Below are positions 43,566 to 53,212 of a DNA stretch of 64,000 nucleotides, piece after piece. The DNA comes from Kiritimatiellia bacterium (GTDB lineage: Bacteria > Verrucomicrobiota > Kiritimatiellia > RFP12 > UBA1067). The stretch is from positions 4,786 through 68,785 of the forward strand of contig JAGBZX010000018.1 in NCBI GenBank assembly GCA_017628025.1, in the 5' to 3' direction. The position numbers and the translations under genes were made by a program. The notes under the pieces are model-generated. The model was not told the DNA's origin. It was given only the letters and a program-made list of their open reading frames with translations, and made no database searches. Each line of letters opens with the position of its first letter. Position 1 is the stretch's first letter.

Positions 43566-44534
43566 TTATGTAAAAATTATTTCTTGTCCATGAAAATGAA
43601 AATTACCACCAACGACATATTCTATTGCTGACGGAGAAAATCGGTCTTGAATAGTTATATGCGCATGGCCTGCCAATATCCCCCTGAGAAGTTTCTCATT
43701 TTTTAAATAGGCAATAAAATCGCTAGTGACTTTATCTTTTAATTGTATATCGCCGCTGCATTCCCATGGCCTATCTTTGAGCGTCGAATACTTCTTTCCA
43801 ACTGCACTCCAAAACTTGCGACTTGCGTTCCAGATTTTTTGCGTATAAAAAGGAACATGCATGCAAAGAATTATTGGTAGGCCCTTCTTTACCTCTGCAT
43901 GAAAACGCTCTACTTGATTTTCTGTAACATAACCAAAAACATCGTCTAATGAAACGAAATTAACGCCATTAACAACTTTTGAGTCAAATGCTATATCAAA
44001 GGGGAAAGCTGCTGCAACCTTATCCCTCATGCCATTCTTATAATCTTCATTATACTTAACACCTGTTGGCGATATTGACCTAGAGTATTCGTGATTACCA
44101 ACAGCACCAAAAGTTTCACTACCAAAATATTTTTTTACAAGATCAAAATTAGCCTCTGATTGCCAATCTATCAAGTCGCCTGTGTGCAAGAGAAAATCTA
44201 CATTTTCTTTTGCCCATTTTATTGAATCTCTAAGCGCCTCTTCTTGGCGCCCACCAAATGTTTTCGTGCGAAGTTCTTTTAATTTTAAACTTTGTGTATT
44301 CTCATGTGGATATGCTTGTGTAAGATGCGTATCCGAGATATGAAGAATCGAAAACGGCTTCGTCGCTCCAATTTCAATCTGATTATATGCTAATACTAGG
44401 CGTTCCCATTTACCTCTACTTGGGAAAAACGCTGCTCCGTCATCTGCCAATGCTGGCAATTTAGAAACCGCTACTAGTCCACCAACAGAAGCAATACCCT
44501 TGACAAAATCGCGTCTTGAGAATATTTTTTTCAT
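43566..44534 (-). CDS. Calcineurin-like metallophosphoesterase with a Tat signal
   Basis: The leader is SRRDFVKGIASVGGLVAVS. The metal-binding motifs are HISDTHL, GDLIDW, GNHE and GHAH. Confidence 0.8.
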   Translation of the reverse strand: MKKIFSRRDFVKGIASVGGLVAVSKLPALADDGAAFFPSRGKWERLVLAYNQIEIGATKPFSILHISDTHLTQAYPHENTQSLKLKELRTKTFGGRQEEALRDSIKWAKENVDFLLHTGDLIDWQSEANFDLVKKYFGSETFGAVGNHEYSRSISPTGVKYNEDYKNGMRDKVAAAFPFDIAFDSKVVNGVNFVSLDDVFGYVTENQVERFHAEVKKGLPIILCMHVPFYTQKIWNASRKFWSAVGKKYSTLKDRPWECSGDIQLKDKVTSDFIAYLKNEKLLRGILAGHAHITIQDRFSPSAIEYVVGGNFHFHGQEIIFT

Positions 44535-44592
44535 ATAAGAATTATATCGAAATATTTTACGCTACCCAAACCTTAGTTTATTGCCAACAAAG

Positions 44593-45921
44593 TTAACGGC
44601 TCATCCACCGACGAAGTTCTTGACGAACCTTCGGGTCAACATCGTGTGTGCAATGAGGCATTATAACAGCTGCCTTGTCTTTAACTTTAATCTCATTATA
44701 TGCAGAATATGCCGACGTCGGAGAAACTACTAAATCACCAAAACTAATAATTACTCTAACTGGACATTTTATACGAGAGGCAAAATTTGCCGCATCATAA
44801 TATGGAATATTTTTTAGTGCCGCAGCAAACTCATCAGGGCGCTTTTTATAAACCTCTAGAAAGTATGGCCAGCCACTGCGACGCCCCTCTAGACACCCCA
44901 TTAAATCGCAAAGTCCAGGAACGAAAATCAAAGATCTCGTAAACGAATGATTTAAACCGCACAAATAAAACCCAAAACCGCCCCCTTGGCTTGTGCCTTG
45001 ATACCACACCTTGGTACGATCAACATCGTCTCTTGAAACAAGATAATTAATCGCCCTATCAATACCAAGTATATGGGGATAATAGTAATAATCTTCTGGT
45101 GATTTTTCGATTATTCCTGCATTAGAATAACCTGGGACGCGGTATTTTTGCATCAGCTGCTTTTCAAACTCATTGTATTTATCCTCTAGCCCCGTTTCAC
45201 GCCATTTCCAATCTGGCTCAAATGGAAACATTGTAAAAAACACACTTATGCGGTCTCGTCTACCGTTCATATCATTGGAATGGTCGCCAAACCCAGCTGA
45301 TGAAACTGAAATTTCTAGCGGATAAGGCTTTTTTGCCTTTTTAGGCACACTCATATATGCATGAATACGCTGCTTATATGTAGCAAACGAGATTCTATAA
45401 TATGTAAAATATTCAGTTGAACGCTCTGGGACTTCACGCATTTGCACGTCAATTGGAACATCCCTTTCAAGTTTAGCCTTAGCTTGACTCCAAAACTTAT
45501 CAAAATCAGGATTATCTGGAACTACTTTTTTAATTTTTTCCACATCAAATCCAAGTGAATACATGCGACGCGAGAACTCTTTCACCGAGCCATCATAATC
45601 CTTAGCATAGCAATTCCTCACCATGCACCTTACAAAACCTGGCTTGTCAAGTGTTACTTCGTATTTCGCTGGATTAGCTTTAGAAAAATCCACTTTTCCA
45701 ACATAAAGCATATTTGTACCGCAATCATCCATAACAAATCTTACTGAGCCAGAAGTAACCTTTTGTCCGTTAGTTGTAAGTCCAGTTACGAAGAGAGAAG
45801 CCTTTTCTCCAACTTTATAAAGGCAATCTTTGCGATCTGCTGAAAACTCAACAAGAATAGGTTCTGCAGCAAATGCCATAGAAGCGACAGCGACAACTAA
45901 AAACATCAACATATTTTTCAT
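44593..45921 (-). CDS. Acetylxylan esterase / cephalosporin-C deacetylase-like (CE7-type) serine hydrolase, secreted
   Basis: It has the nucleophile elbow GTSQGGG. I prefer the start at 45921 (MKNMLMFLVVAVASMAFA signal peptide). The track ORF extends to 45972. Confidence 0.7.
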   Translation of the reverse strand: MKNMLMFLVVAVASMAFAAEPILVEFSADRKDCLYKVGEKASLFVTGLTTNGQKVTSGSVRFVMDDCGTNMLYVGKVDFSKANPAKYEVTLDKPGFVRCMVRNCYAKDYDGSVKEFSRRMYSLGFDVEKIKKVVPDNPDFDKFWSQAKAKLERDVPIDVQMREVPERSTEYFTYYRISFATYKQRIHAYMSVPKKAKKPYPLEISVSSAGFGDHSNDMNGRRDRISVFFTMFPFEPDWKWRETGLEDKYNEFEKQLMQKYRVPGYSNAGIIEKSPEDYYYYPHILGIDRAINYLVSRDDVDRTKVWYQGTSQGGGFGFYLCGLNHSFTRSLIFVPGLCDLMGCLEGRRSGWPYFLEVYKKRPDEFAAALKNIPYYDAANFASRIKCPVRVIISFGDLVVSPTSAYSAYNEIKVKDKAAVIMPHCTHDVDPKVRQELRRWMSR

Positions 45922-46064
45922 TGTTCTTACCTTATGAAAACGAAAGACGTATAAATACTTCACTAAGTACAATTAGGCTTATTTAATATTCGCCTATTAT
46001 ATCATTTGCCCCCAGTATTAGCAAGAAATCAAAAAATTATTCTAGCTTTGATATTAGTGGGGAA

Positions 46065-46138
46065 TGGAGCGGGCGAAGGGAATCGAACCCTCGTAAGAAG
46101 CATGGGAAGCTCCTATTCTGCCATTGAATTACGCCCGC
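46065..46138 (-). tRNA. tRNA-Gly (anticodon CCC)
   Basis: The reverse complement is GCGGGCGTAATTCAATGGCAGAATAGGAGCTTCCCATGCTTCTTACGAGGGTTCGATTCCCTTCGCCCGCTCCA. It folds as a cloverleaf with acceptor GCGGGCG/CGCCCGC, anticodon loop UUCCCAU and T-loop TTCGATT. The CCA end is encoded. Confidence 0.9.
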
Positions 46139-46143
46139 AAAAT

Positions 46144-46235
46144 TGGCGGAGAGAGAGGGATTCGGACCCCCGATACCCTTGCGGGTATGCATGATTTCGA
46201 GTCATGTGCATTCAACCAGGCTCTGCCATCTCTCC
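46144..46235 (-). tRNA. tRNA-Ser (anticodon CGA), long variable arm
   Basis: The reverse complement is GGAGAGATGGCAGAGCCTGGTTGAATGCACATGACTCGAAATCATGCATACCCGCAAGGGTATCGGGGGTCCGAATCCCTCTCTCTCCGCCA. The anticodon stem-loop is CATGA-CUCGAAA-TCATG and the variable arm is ACCCGCAAGGGT. The CCA end is encoded. Confidence 0.9.
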
Positions 46236-46297
46236 GTTAAGGAATATGATATCAAATAAACAGTTAGATTGTCAATAATGTTAATTAATTGCCCGCA

Positions 46298-47182
46298 TTA
46301 AGGCAAGGAACTTGAGCCAAAATCAAGCATATTCAACGCATCACGCATAACTCGTTGCGCCGTCGCATTGCGGTCTTTGCCAGTCTTACATCCCATAATA
46401 GCCAGAACCACTCTACGACCAACTTTGTTTTTCGCTGTTAACACTAGTGAACACCCACCTGCATTATGAAAACCTGTTTTCAAACCATCAGCTTCCTCTA
46501 AATAAAATTCCGAATCTTTGCGAAGAAGATTGTTGTGCGTCCTATAATAATACACCTTGCCGTCTCCGTCCGAAACCTTCAAGTTGGTTATATTTGTATA
46601 CTTAAAAACATCTGTTTTTTTTACTAGCTCAACCCCTAATATTGCCATATCTTGTGCTGTTGAACGATCAAAACCCCTTTTAGAACCTTTGGGCGGCGGA
46701 TACCCATTTGGCGTAACAAAATGCGTGTCTTTCATCCCGAGTTCACGAGCCCTAGTATTCATATCATTAATAAAACAACTAAGACGCTGCTGCGAGTTTG
46801 TTGCAGTCTTGTACCTTGCTGCCGCCACATGCTCAGCTATCATCACTGCACCATCATTCGCACTTTTTACCATCAGAACTTTAAGTAACTCGTCTAATCT
46901 TATCGAGCCGGGATAAGGAATACCACTTATAGAAGGCAACTCTCTAGAAGAAAGTTTTGTAGTCTTCACCATATCTGAAAGCGACACTTCGCCCCTCTTT
47001 ACACTCTCTAGCGTAAGAAGCAACGTCATCAATTTAGTGCATGAAGCAGGATAACATTCAACATCATGTTTATCCGACATAAGCACTCGCCCATTATCAG
47101 CATCAACCACATGTAGCCCAAGATAGGGTGAAGCTATCTTGGGCGTAATAACAGCAAGCAATAACGCAGCTAAAAACGTCAT
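46298..47182 (-). CDS. Serine-type D-Ala-D-Ala carboxypeptidase (S11, PBP5/6-like)
   Basis: Contains SxxK (ASCTKLMT), SxN (SAND) and KTG (LKTGF) motifs. Confidence 0.8.
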   Translation of the reverse strand: MTFLAALLLAVITPKIASPYLGLHVVDADNGRVLMSDKHDVECYPASCTKLMTLLLTLESVKRGEVSLSDMVKTTKLSSRELPSISGIPYPGSIRLDELLKVLMVKSANDGAVMIAEHVAAARYKTATNSQQRLSCFINDMNTRARELGMKDTHFVTPNGYPPPKGSKRGFDRSTAQDMAILGVELVKKTDVFKYTNITNLKVSDGDGKVYYYRTHNNLLRKDSEFYLEEADGLKTGFHNAGGCSLVLTAKNKVGRRVVLAIMGCKTGKDRNATAQRVMRDALNMLDFGSSSLP

Positions 47183-48018
47183 TTAATCTCGCGCTTTGTC
47201 GTCTTAACAATAAGCTTCCAAAGCGCTTCAGGAGACGCAGATTCGATAATGGAATCTCTAACATCTTTCTTTGAAAAGCACTTGGCAAGCCCTGCCATAA
47301 GTCTAAGATAGAAAGCAGAAACCGCTACAGGGATTGCAGAAAGGACAACGATATGAACCTTCTCTCCATCCCAATCAATACCCTCTTTGGAAGTACCAAT
47401 AGCAAGCGTAAGCCCACCACCTTCAACTCCGCGGACATGAGGAAACGCAACTCCCTCACCAATGGCAGTCGAAAGAACTCCTTCTCTTTGCATCGCTGCA
47501 GCAACTAGCGAATCTGCATTTTCAATAAACTTGTTCTGCTCCATAAGTTTCGCCAACACTTGAATTGACTCTTCGCACGAAACTTTGCCCAAATCAACAG
47601 CCATAAGTTCAGGAGCAGAAAAACGCGATATGCCATTCTTCGTTTCTTCTCTAGTTACACTCTTATCTGGTATATGTCTAGGTTCATCTACATCGCCCTC
47701 AAACAAAATACGCCCGCAGCTAGTGCATGAAACAAGATGCTGCGCAAGCTTTACCTGCTGTATTTGAGCGATAGGCACTTGCATCCCGCAAACTGAACAG
47801 CATCCTCCTGTAGTAGCAGCTGTTACAATATGGCTCTTAGCATAAAGCCTTTCATAAACAGCAGAAACCTGTGGCAACAGTTTCTTTTGAATGGAGCTAA
47901 TCGATGTATTAAGCTGGTCAAGATGACTACCATCACCAGACTGAAAATGTTCATCACGAGTAAGAACGAGCTCTTGAAGCTGCCTAAGAATGTTAATTTG
48001 AGATTTCATTTTATTCAC
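47179..48018 (-). CDS. Fusion protein: coiled-coil/C4 zinc-ribbon N-terminal domain plus PTS EIIA(Ntr)-type (EIIA-2) C-terminal domain
   Basis: The N-terminal part has a zinc-ribbon pattern (CSVCGMQV...CTSCGRIL). The C-terminal part has VAFPHVRGVEGGGLTLAIGTSKEGIDWDGEKVHIVVLSAIP, an EIIA-2 pattern with a His site. The start is either GTG 48018 (GTGA overlap) or ATG 48009. Confidence 0.7.
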   Translation of the reverse strand: MNKMKSQINILRQLQELVLTRDEHFQSGDGSHLDQLNTSISSIQKKLLPQVSAVYERLYAKSHIVTAATTGGCCSVCGMQVPIAQIQQVKLAQHLVSCTSCGRILFEGDVDEPRHIPDKSVTREETKNGISRFSAPELMAVDLGKVSCEESIQVLAKLMEQNKFIENADSLVAAAMQREGVLSTAIGEGVAFPHVRGVEGGGLTLAIGTSKEGIDWDGEKVHIVVLSAIPVAVSAFYLRLMAGLAKCFSKKDVRDSIIESASPEALWKLIVKTTKREIK

Positions 48019-49088
48019 CTCCCGAATTGACTTGATTTATAAACTAAATTCATAAATTTTACCGCTTCTATCGATTCATCAAGCGTATATGGCAACGGCT
48101 GCGCAAGTCGCACAACAGAATACACTGACTGCCAAAAAGCTTGCAACCCACTTACTGTGTCAGAGGGTAACGAAATCCTCTCAGACACTGTAGGCACTAC
48201 ATCTTGAACTTCATCCACCGGAGGCGTACGCACAGAGGTACGAACCTTCGGCAACTTATATGAAGGATCAATACAAGTTAACAAACCGGAACTTTCGCCT
48301 GGCATAACGCTAAATACACCTGATGAGCCTATAATTGAGTACGATGGCGATCTGTTTTCTGGAAGCATTGCGCCATTATAATCAATATCTGCCGTAATAC
48401 CTGAACGCGAGACAATATTTAAATGAACATAATCCTCTACGTCGCCAGTTGCAACTATACGTTTAACATCACTCCATAATTGAACTGGCTGACCCTGTAT
48501 TAACTTAAGAGCGGCTGTTATCAAATCTGGCATTTGGCAATTGACTGCTCCGCCGCCCATTCTGCGAACTGCTTGCCAGTCATTGCGACGAACAAATTCT
48601 TCCCTCCTAACCGCGATTTTATGGACTTTCCCAATGCGTTTGTCGGAAATCATTTTTTCAGCAAGCAAATAATCTGGCTGGAAGAAACTACGCTCTACTA
48701 CTGCTAAACGGTTTTTCGCCTTAATCGCAGCGCCTCTTAATATCTTAGCTTCATCAAGAGTTAACGCAAGCGGTGACTCTACAAGCGTCCAAAAACCACT
48801 CTCTAACGATTTAAGAATATATTTAAGCCTATCTGCCGCGGGTAATGCGATAAAAACTAAATCAATGTCTCGCTCATCAAGCATATCATCGAACATGCGA
48901 AACATTTTACAATCAGGGAAACGCTCTGCTACTATATCTCGACGTGACTTTATGAGCTCACAAGCAGCTACTACATTAAACAAAGAAGGATTAGCGGATA
49001 AAACAGGGAAATGAACATTAAGCATCGCTCTGCCCAACCCCATCAACGCCACCTTTAGAGGCGGCCTATTAAACGCCGACTCTTTCAT
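48015..49088 (-). CDS. Gfo/Idh/MocA-family oxidoreductase (cytoplasmic)
   Basis: The N-terminal Rossmann segment is LKVALMGLGRAMLNVHF and ..ESPLALT is EKP-like. It has ATGA overlaps on both sides. Confidence 0.75.
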   Translation of the reverse strand: MKESAFNRPPLKVALMGLGRAMLNVHFPVLSANPSLFNVVAACELIKSRRDIVAERFPDCKMFRMFDDMLDERDIDLVFIALPAADRLKYILKSLESGFWTLVESPLALTLDEAKILRGAAIKAKNRLAVVERSFFQPDYLLAEKMISDKRIGKVHKIAVRREEFVRRNDWQAVRRMGGGAVNCQMPDLITAALKLIQGQPVQLWSDVKRIVATGDVEDYVHLNIVSRSGITADIDYNGAMLPENRSPSYSIIGSSGVFSVMPGESSGLLTCIDPSYKLPKVRTSVRTPPVDEVQDVVPTVSERISLPSDTVSGLQAFWQSVYSVVRLAQPLPYTLDESIEAVKFMNLVYKSSQFGR

Positions 49089-49528
49089 TTTTGAACTATC
49101 TCCGTTATAGCCGAAAGAAATTGGACAACGTCAGTAAATTTGCGATATACACTAGCAAATCTAATGTAAGCCACTTCATCAACCTTATGTAACTGTGTCA
49201 TCACTAACTCAGCAATACTTGCTGAAGTAATTTCGTCGCCTTCGATTTTTGAAACAACATTATCAATCATCGAACGAATTTGCTCGTCTGAAATCTTTCT
49301 TTTGCCGCAAGCCTGACGTATAGCTTTATCAAGTTTAGCCCTCTCAAAAGTCTGTCTGCGGCCATCGTTTTTTACTACCACAACTTCATCGCGATCAATT
49401 TCCTCATATGTGGTAAAACGATGATGGCACTCTAAACACTCTCGTCTACGGCGAATCGCAGCCCCCTCACGTAAAGTACGAGAATCGAGGACTTTATCGT
49501 TATCAGTACTGCATCTAGGGCACTTCAT
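49085..49528 (-). CDS. nrdR: Transcriptional repressor NrdR
   Basis: MKCPRCSTDNDKVLDSR...RRRECLECHHRFTTYE is a zinc ribbon and is followed by an ATP-cone. Confidence 0.9.
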   Translation of the reverse strand: MKCPRCSTDNDKVLDSRTLREGAAIRRRRECLECHHRFTTYEEIDRDEVVVVKNDGRRQTFERAKLDKAIRQACGKRKISDEQIRSMIDNVVSKIEGDEITSASIAELVMTQLHKVDEVAYIRFASVYRKFTDVVQFLSAITEIVQK

Positions 49529-50202
49529 TTCGATTTAGAACACATTGTACAGTGACGGCAGTCGAGATTCACCGGCAAAGGAGCCGGTGCACCGTGCTTA
49601 CGGGCATTCCATTCCGAAAATCTATTAATTGCAGCTAAAATCATACCAAGGGCAATAAAGCCACCAGCTGGGAGTATCGCAAGTGTCACGGGGCCGGGAT
49701 TTATATCTTTAATCGCTAATGATCCCCAAATTGTTAGCGTGCCTTGACCGATTATTTCACGTACAGAAGCTACGAGCGCAAGCGCAAGCGTAAAACCTAT
49801 CCCGCTACCAAGTCCATCTGCAAAAGAATAAAGAACTTTATTACGCGACGCATAAGCCTCTGCACGGCCAAGAATAATGCAGTTGACTACGATTAGTGGG
49901 ATAAATATACCCAAGCTCTTAGATAGTTGCGGCAAATACGCTTGCATAAGCAAATCAATTGCCGTCACAAAAGTCGCGATAATAACGATATAACACGGTA
50001 TGTGCACAGCTGCTGGTATTAACTTGCGTAATAGCGAGACTAACGTATTTGAACAAATAAGAACAAACGTAGCCGCCATGCCCATACCGAGGGCATTTTC
50101 TAAGGAGGTGGTCACAGCTAATGTTGGACAAAGCCCAAGCACTAACTTAAAAATAGGATTCTCCCGAAAAATGCCATTTATAGCCTGAGAGAATAATTTC
50201 AT
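49525..50202 (-). CDS. rnfE: RnfE/RsxE (NqrD-related) membrane subunit homolog, isolated from other rnf genes
   Basis: Contains LVLGLCPTLAVTTSLENALGMGMAATFVL and LGIFIPLIVVNCIILGRAEAYA, which align well with E. coli RsxE as I recall it. It has a C-terminal tail with CRHCTMC. Confidence 0.8.
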   Translation of the reverse strand: MKLFSQAINGIFRENPIFKLVLGLCPTLAVTTSLENALGMGMAATFVLICSNTLVSLLRKLIPAAVHIPCYIVIIATFVTAIDLLMQAYLPQLSKSLGIFIPLIVVNCIILGRAEAYASRNKVLYSFADGLGSGIGFTLALALVASVREIIGQGTLTIWGSLAIKDINPGPVTLAILPAGGFIALGMILAAINRFSEWNARKHGAPAPLPVNLDCRHCTMCSKSK

Positions 50203-50229
50203 TTGAAGACCACCCCCTAAGAGTGTTAA

Positions 50230-50994
50230 TTAACCTTCGGCCTCAAGTGCCGCGTCAACCTCGTCAGTCGTCTCCATATTGGTATAAACGTCCTGAACGT
50301 CTTCAAGGTCTTCAAGCATATCAATGAACTTATTGACTGCCTTAGCCGCTGCCACATCAGAAACTGGGTTCATCATATTTGGCACGAGACCTACGGAGCT
50401 GTTCTCTTCATCTACACTAATCCCTGCTGCCTTGATAGCTTCAAGAACGGTCGTGAAATCATTTGGCTGGCACTTTACAGTGAAACCGCCATCTTCAGAA
50501 ACGACATCTTCCGCACCGCACTCAAGAGCAACTTCAGTAACCTGATCTTCAGTAACGCTCTCAGAAGCTGGGATCATAATCTGACCCATGCGATCAAAGA
50601 GACGAGTAGCACTACCCTGCTTAGCAAACTCAATGCCGTTTTTCTTAAATACATTACCCACTTCTGCAGCTGCACGGTTCTTGTTATCGGTAAGAACGTT
50701 AACAACAAACGCAACACCGCCCTTAATGCCTTCGTACTGAGCATCTACGAGAGCAGCAGACTCAAGTTCGCCTGTACCCTTCTTGATGGCGCGTTCAATG
50801 TTGTCGTTAGGCATCTGCGCTGCTTTAGCCTTAGCAATAAGTGTACGCAGCGAGGGGTTGTTGTCTGGATTGCCACCCTTGGCTTTGACAACGATTGTGA
50901 TTTCTTTGCCGAGCTTTGAAAAGATCTTACCCTTACGTGCGTCGGCTGCGCCTTTAGCGCGCTTAATTGTAGCCCAGTGACTGTGTCCTGACAT
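50230..50994 (-). CDS. YebC/PmpR-family DNA-binding regulator
   Basis: MSGHSHWATIKRAKGAADARKGKIFSKLGKEI is the canonical family N-terminus. Confidence 0.9.
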   Translation of the reverse strand: MSGHSHWATIKRAKGAADARKGKIFSKLGKEITIVVKAKGGNPDNNPSLRTLIAKAKAAQMPNDNIERAIKKGTGELESAALVDAQYEGIKGGVAFVVNVLTDNKNRAAAEVGNVFKKNGIEFAKQGSATRLFDRMGQIMIPASESVTEDQVTEVALECGAEDVVSEDGGFTVKCQPNDFTTVLEAIKAAGISVDEENSSVGLVPNMMNPVSDVAAAKAVNKFIDMLEDLEDVQDVYTNMETTDEVDAALEAEG

Positions 50995-51017
50995 GTTATT
51001 TCTCCTTGGATTTTATC

Positions 51018-51245
51018 TTAAGCTTTGTGTCTGTACGTAATGCGGCCCTTGCCGAGATCGTATGGTGATATCTCAACAGTTACCTTATCGCCAATAGCGA
51101 TCTTAATAAAGAATTTGCGCATCTTACCTGAAATGTGAGCAAGAACCTCATGCCCATTTTCAAGTTGAACTTTGTACATTGTTGCAGGCAGAACTTTCGT
51201 GACCGTACCAGTCACTTCAATCGCCTGATCTTCTTCTTTTGCCAT
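51018..51245 (-). CDS. infA: Translation initiation factor IF-1
   Basis: The 75-aa product has an S1-like fold, with [60 protein letters not shown]. Confidence 0.95.
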   Translation of the reverse strand: MAKEEDQAIEVTGTVTKVLPATMYKVQLENGHEVLAHISGKMRKFFIKIAIGDKVTVEISPYDLGKGRITYRHKA

Positions 51246-51277
51246 TCGTGCAGACCTTTATTTATTTCCTTGAAAGT

Positions 51278-51306
51278 ATTTTATCAAATGCCGTTATTAA
51301 ATTCAA
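51278..51306 (-). promoter_or_regulatory. Candidate infA promoter (TTGAAT-17-TAAAAT with TGA extended -10)
   Basis: The minus strand reads TTGAAT (51301-51306), a 17-nt spacer ending TGA, then TAAAAT (51278-51283). It shows the same TGA-TAAAAT -10 grammar as the poly-G promoters, but with an ordinary spacer. Confidence 0.45.
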
Positions 51307-53201
51307 GCATTACCGAGCATTAATTCAGTCACTAATTTAGCAAATCTTGCTGGATCAGAAACTAAGGAACCCTCCGCTATCAATGCAGTATCATAAAGTA
51401 AAGTAGCCGATTTCTCAAGTTCTTCACCTGTAAGCTTACCAAGTTTCTCTACCAACCTATGAGATGCATTAAGTTCAAGAACTCTTTTTTGCTCTGGAAC
51501 ATCTTGTTGCATTGCACGCATCATTCGAACCATTGAAGGGCTCATCGCCCCCTCTGCCGCTACAAGACAGCAAGGCGAATCTTTAAGACGCGTGGAGATA
51601 CGAACATCTGCTACTCTTTCCTTGAGTGTATTTTTAAGAGAATCAATTAAAGGCTTTAATAGTTCTGCTTGTTTCTCGCCGGCCTCTTTCTCCGCCTTCA
51701 CTTCTTCTTCTGTTCCAAAAGATACATTGCCAGAGCCAACATCTACGAACTTGTGACCTTCAAACTCACCGAGCGAATCAGCAATGTATTCATCTATTGG
51801 ATCACAGAAAAGAAGTACATCAATACCGCGACTTAACGCTGCTTCTAGCTGAGGCAACTTGCGTGCGTCGTTTTCGTTGCGACCAACTGCATAATAAATA
51901 TCCTTTTGACTTGCTGGCATCGCTGCAACATAATCGGCAAATGAAACCTTGCGAGAATCTTCGCCGCGTGCAGTTGCAAAAAGGAGAAGTTTCTTAATAC
52001 GCTCGCTATTAGCGTAGTCAGAATACACTCCTTCTTTCATCACCATACCAAATTTCGCATAAAACTCGGCGTAACGCGCAGGGTCTTTTTTACGAATATC
52101 TTCAAATACATTTAAAAGTTTTGAAGTGACAGCTGATTTGATTTTTCTGATTATCGCGTCATCTTGAAGCATTTCGCGCGAAACGTTAAGCGGTAAATCG
52201 CTCGAATCAACAACGCCCTTAACAAACCTTAGCCATGATGGTAAAAGCATATCTACATCATCGCTAATAAAGACATTGCGAACATAAAGCGAAAGACCGT
52301 GCTTTTGACCAGGCATATAAAGATTCATGTCTGCGCGCTTTGGCAAGAACAGTAGCGCCTTAAATTCTACCTGCCCTTCTCCTGAAAAAGGAATTGTCTC
52401 AAATGGCCCTTCCCAATCATGTGCAAGATGGCGATAAAATTCTTCATACTCAGAATCTTTAACCTCGCTCTTTGGGCGCTTCCACAAAGCAACCATCGTA
52501 TTAACAGCCTTTGCCTCGTCTTCAAGGCGTTTTTCGCGATCTTCGCTCTTCTCGTCTTTTGGAGGATTCTGATTGTGGATAGTAACAGGATACGTTATAA
52601 AATCAGAATATTTCGATATCAAATCTTTCAGACGATAGACATCAAGATATTCTAACTGATCGTCATTTAAATATAATGTTATTGAAGTACCTGGAAAATC
52701 ACGCGAGCCATCGCTTAAGACATATACGCCAGACAAATCGCTTTCCCATGCAAAAGCTTGATCTGTTCCGCGTTTCATAGTTTCCACTCTGACTTTGTTT
52801 GCAACCATAAAAGCCGAATAGAAACCAACACCAAACTGACCAATTAATTCTGGCAAATCTGCGCCGCCCTTTTCTTTGAGCATTTCGCGGAATTTCTTTG
52901 TCCCTGAACGAGCGATAGTTCCTAAGTTATTTTCCAACTCCTCAAGGTTCATACCAATGCCGTTATCAGAAATAGTAAGCGTTTTATTCTCTTTATCAAA
53001 CGCAATTTTAACTGCCCATTCTGGATTTTCTGCAGCAATTGAAGAATCCGTTAATGCAAGAAACTTTGCTCTATCTATAGCGTCAGATGCATTTGAAACG
53101 AGTTCGCGCAAGAAGATTTCTTTTTTAGAATAAAGCGAATTAACAACGAGATTTAGCATCTCCGCAATTTCAGCTTTAAATGTTTCTGTCTTTTTCTCCA
53201 T
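51303..53201 (-). CDS. htpG: Molecular chaperone HtpG (Hsp90)
   Basis: Contains LVVNSLYSKKEIFLRELVSNASDAIDR and GQFGVGFYSAFMVA motifs, with the full-length 632-aa architecture. Confidence 0.95.
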   Translation of the reverse strand: MEKKTETFKAEIAEMLNLVVNSLYSKKEIFLRELVSNASDAIDRAKFLALTDSSIAAENPEWAVKIAFDKENKTLTISDNGIGMNLEELENNLGTIARSGTKKFREMLKEKGGADLPELIGQFGVGFYSAFMVANKVRVETMKRGTDQAFAWESDLSGVYVLSDGSRDFPGTSITLYLNDDQLEYLDVYRLKDLISKYSDFITYPVTIHNQNPPKDEKSEDREKRLEDEAKAVNTMVALWKRPKSEVKDSEYEEFYRHLAHDWEGPFETIPFSGEGQVEFKALLFLPKRADMNLYMPGQKHGLSLYVRNVFISDDVDMLLPSWLRFVKGVVDSSDLPLNVSREMLQDDAIIRKIKSAVTSKLLNVFEDIRKKDPARYAEFYAKFGMVMKEGVYSDYANSERIKKLLLFATARGEDSRKVSFADYVAAMPASQKDIYYAVGRNENDARKLPQLEAALSRGIDVLLFCDPIDEYIADSLGEFEGHKFVDVGSGNVSFGTEEEVKAEKEAGEKQAELLKPLIDSLKNTLKERVADVRISTRLKDSPCCLVAAEGAMSPSMVRMMRAMQQDVPEQKRVLELNASHRLVEKLGKLTGEELEKSATLLYDTALIAEGSLVSDPARFAKLVTELMLGNA

Positions 53202-53212
53202 AATTAACTCCT

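Noticed and set aside
46006-46194. 62-aa plus-strand ORF.
   Set aside because: It is the antisense of the tRNA-Gly and tRNA-Ser genes. It has no SD and its sequence is not protein-like.
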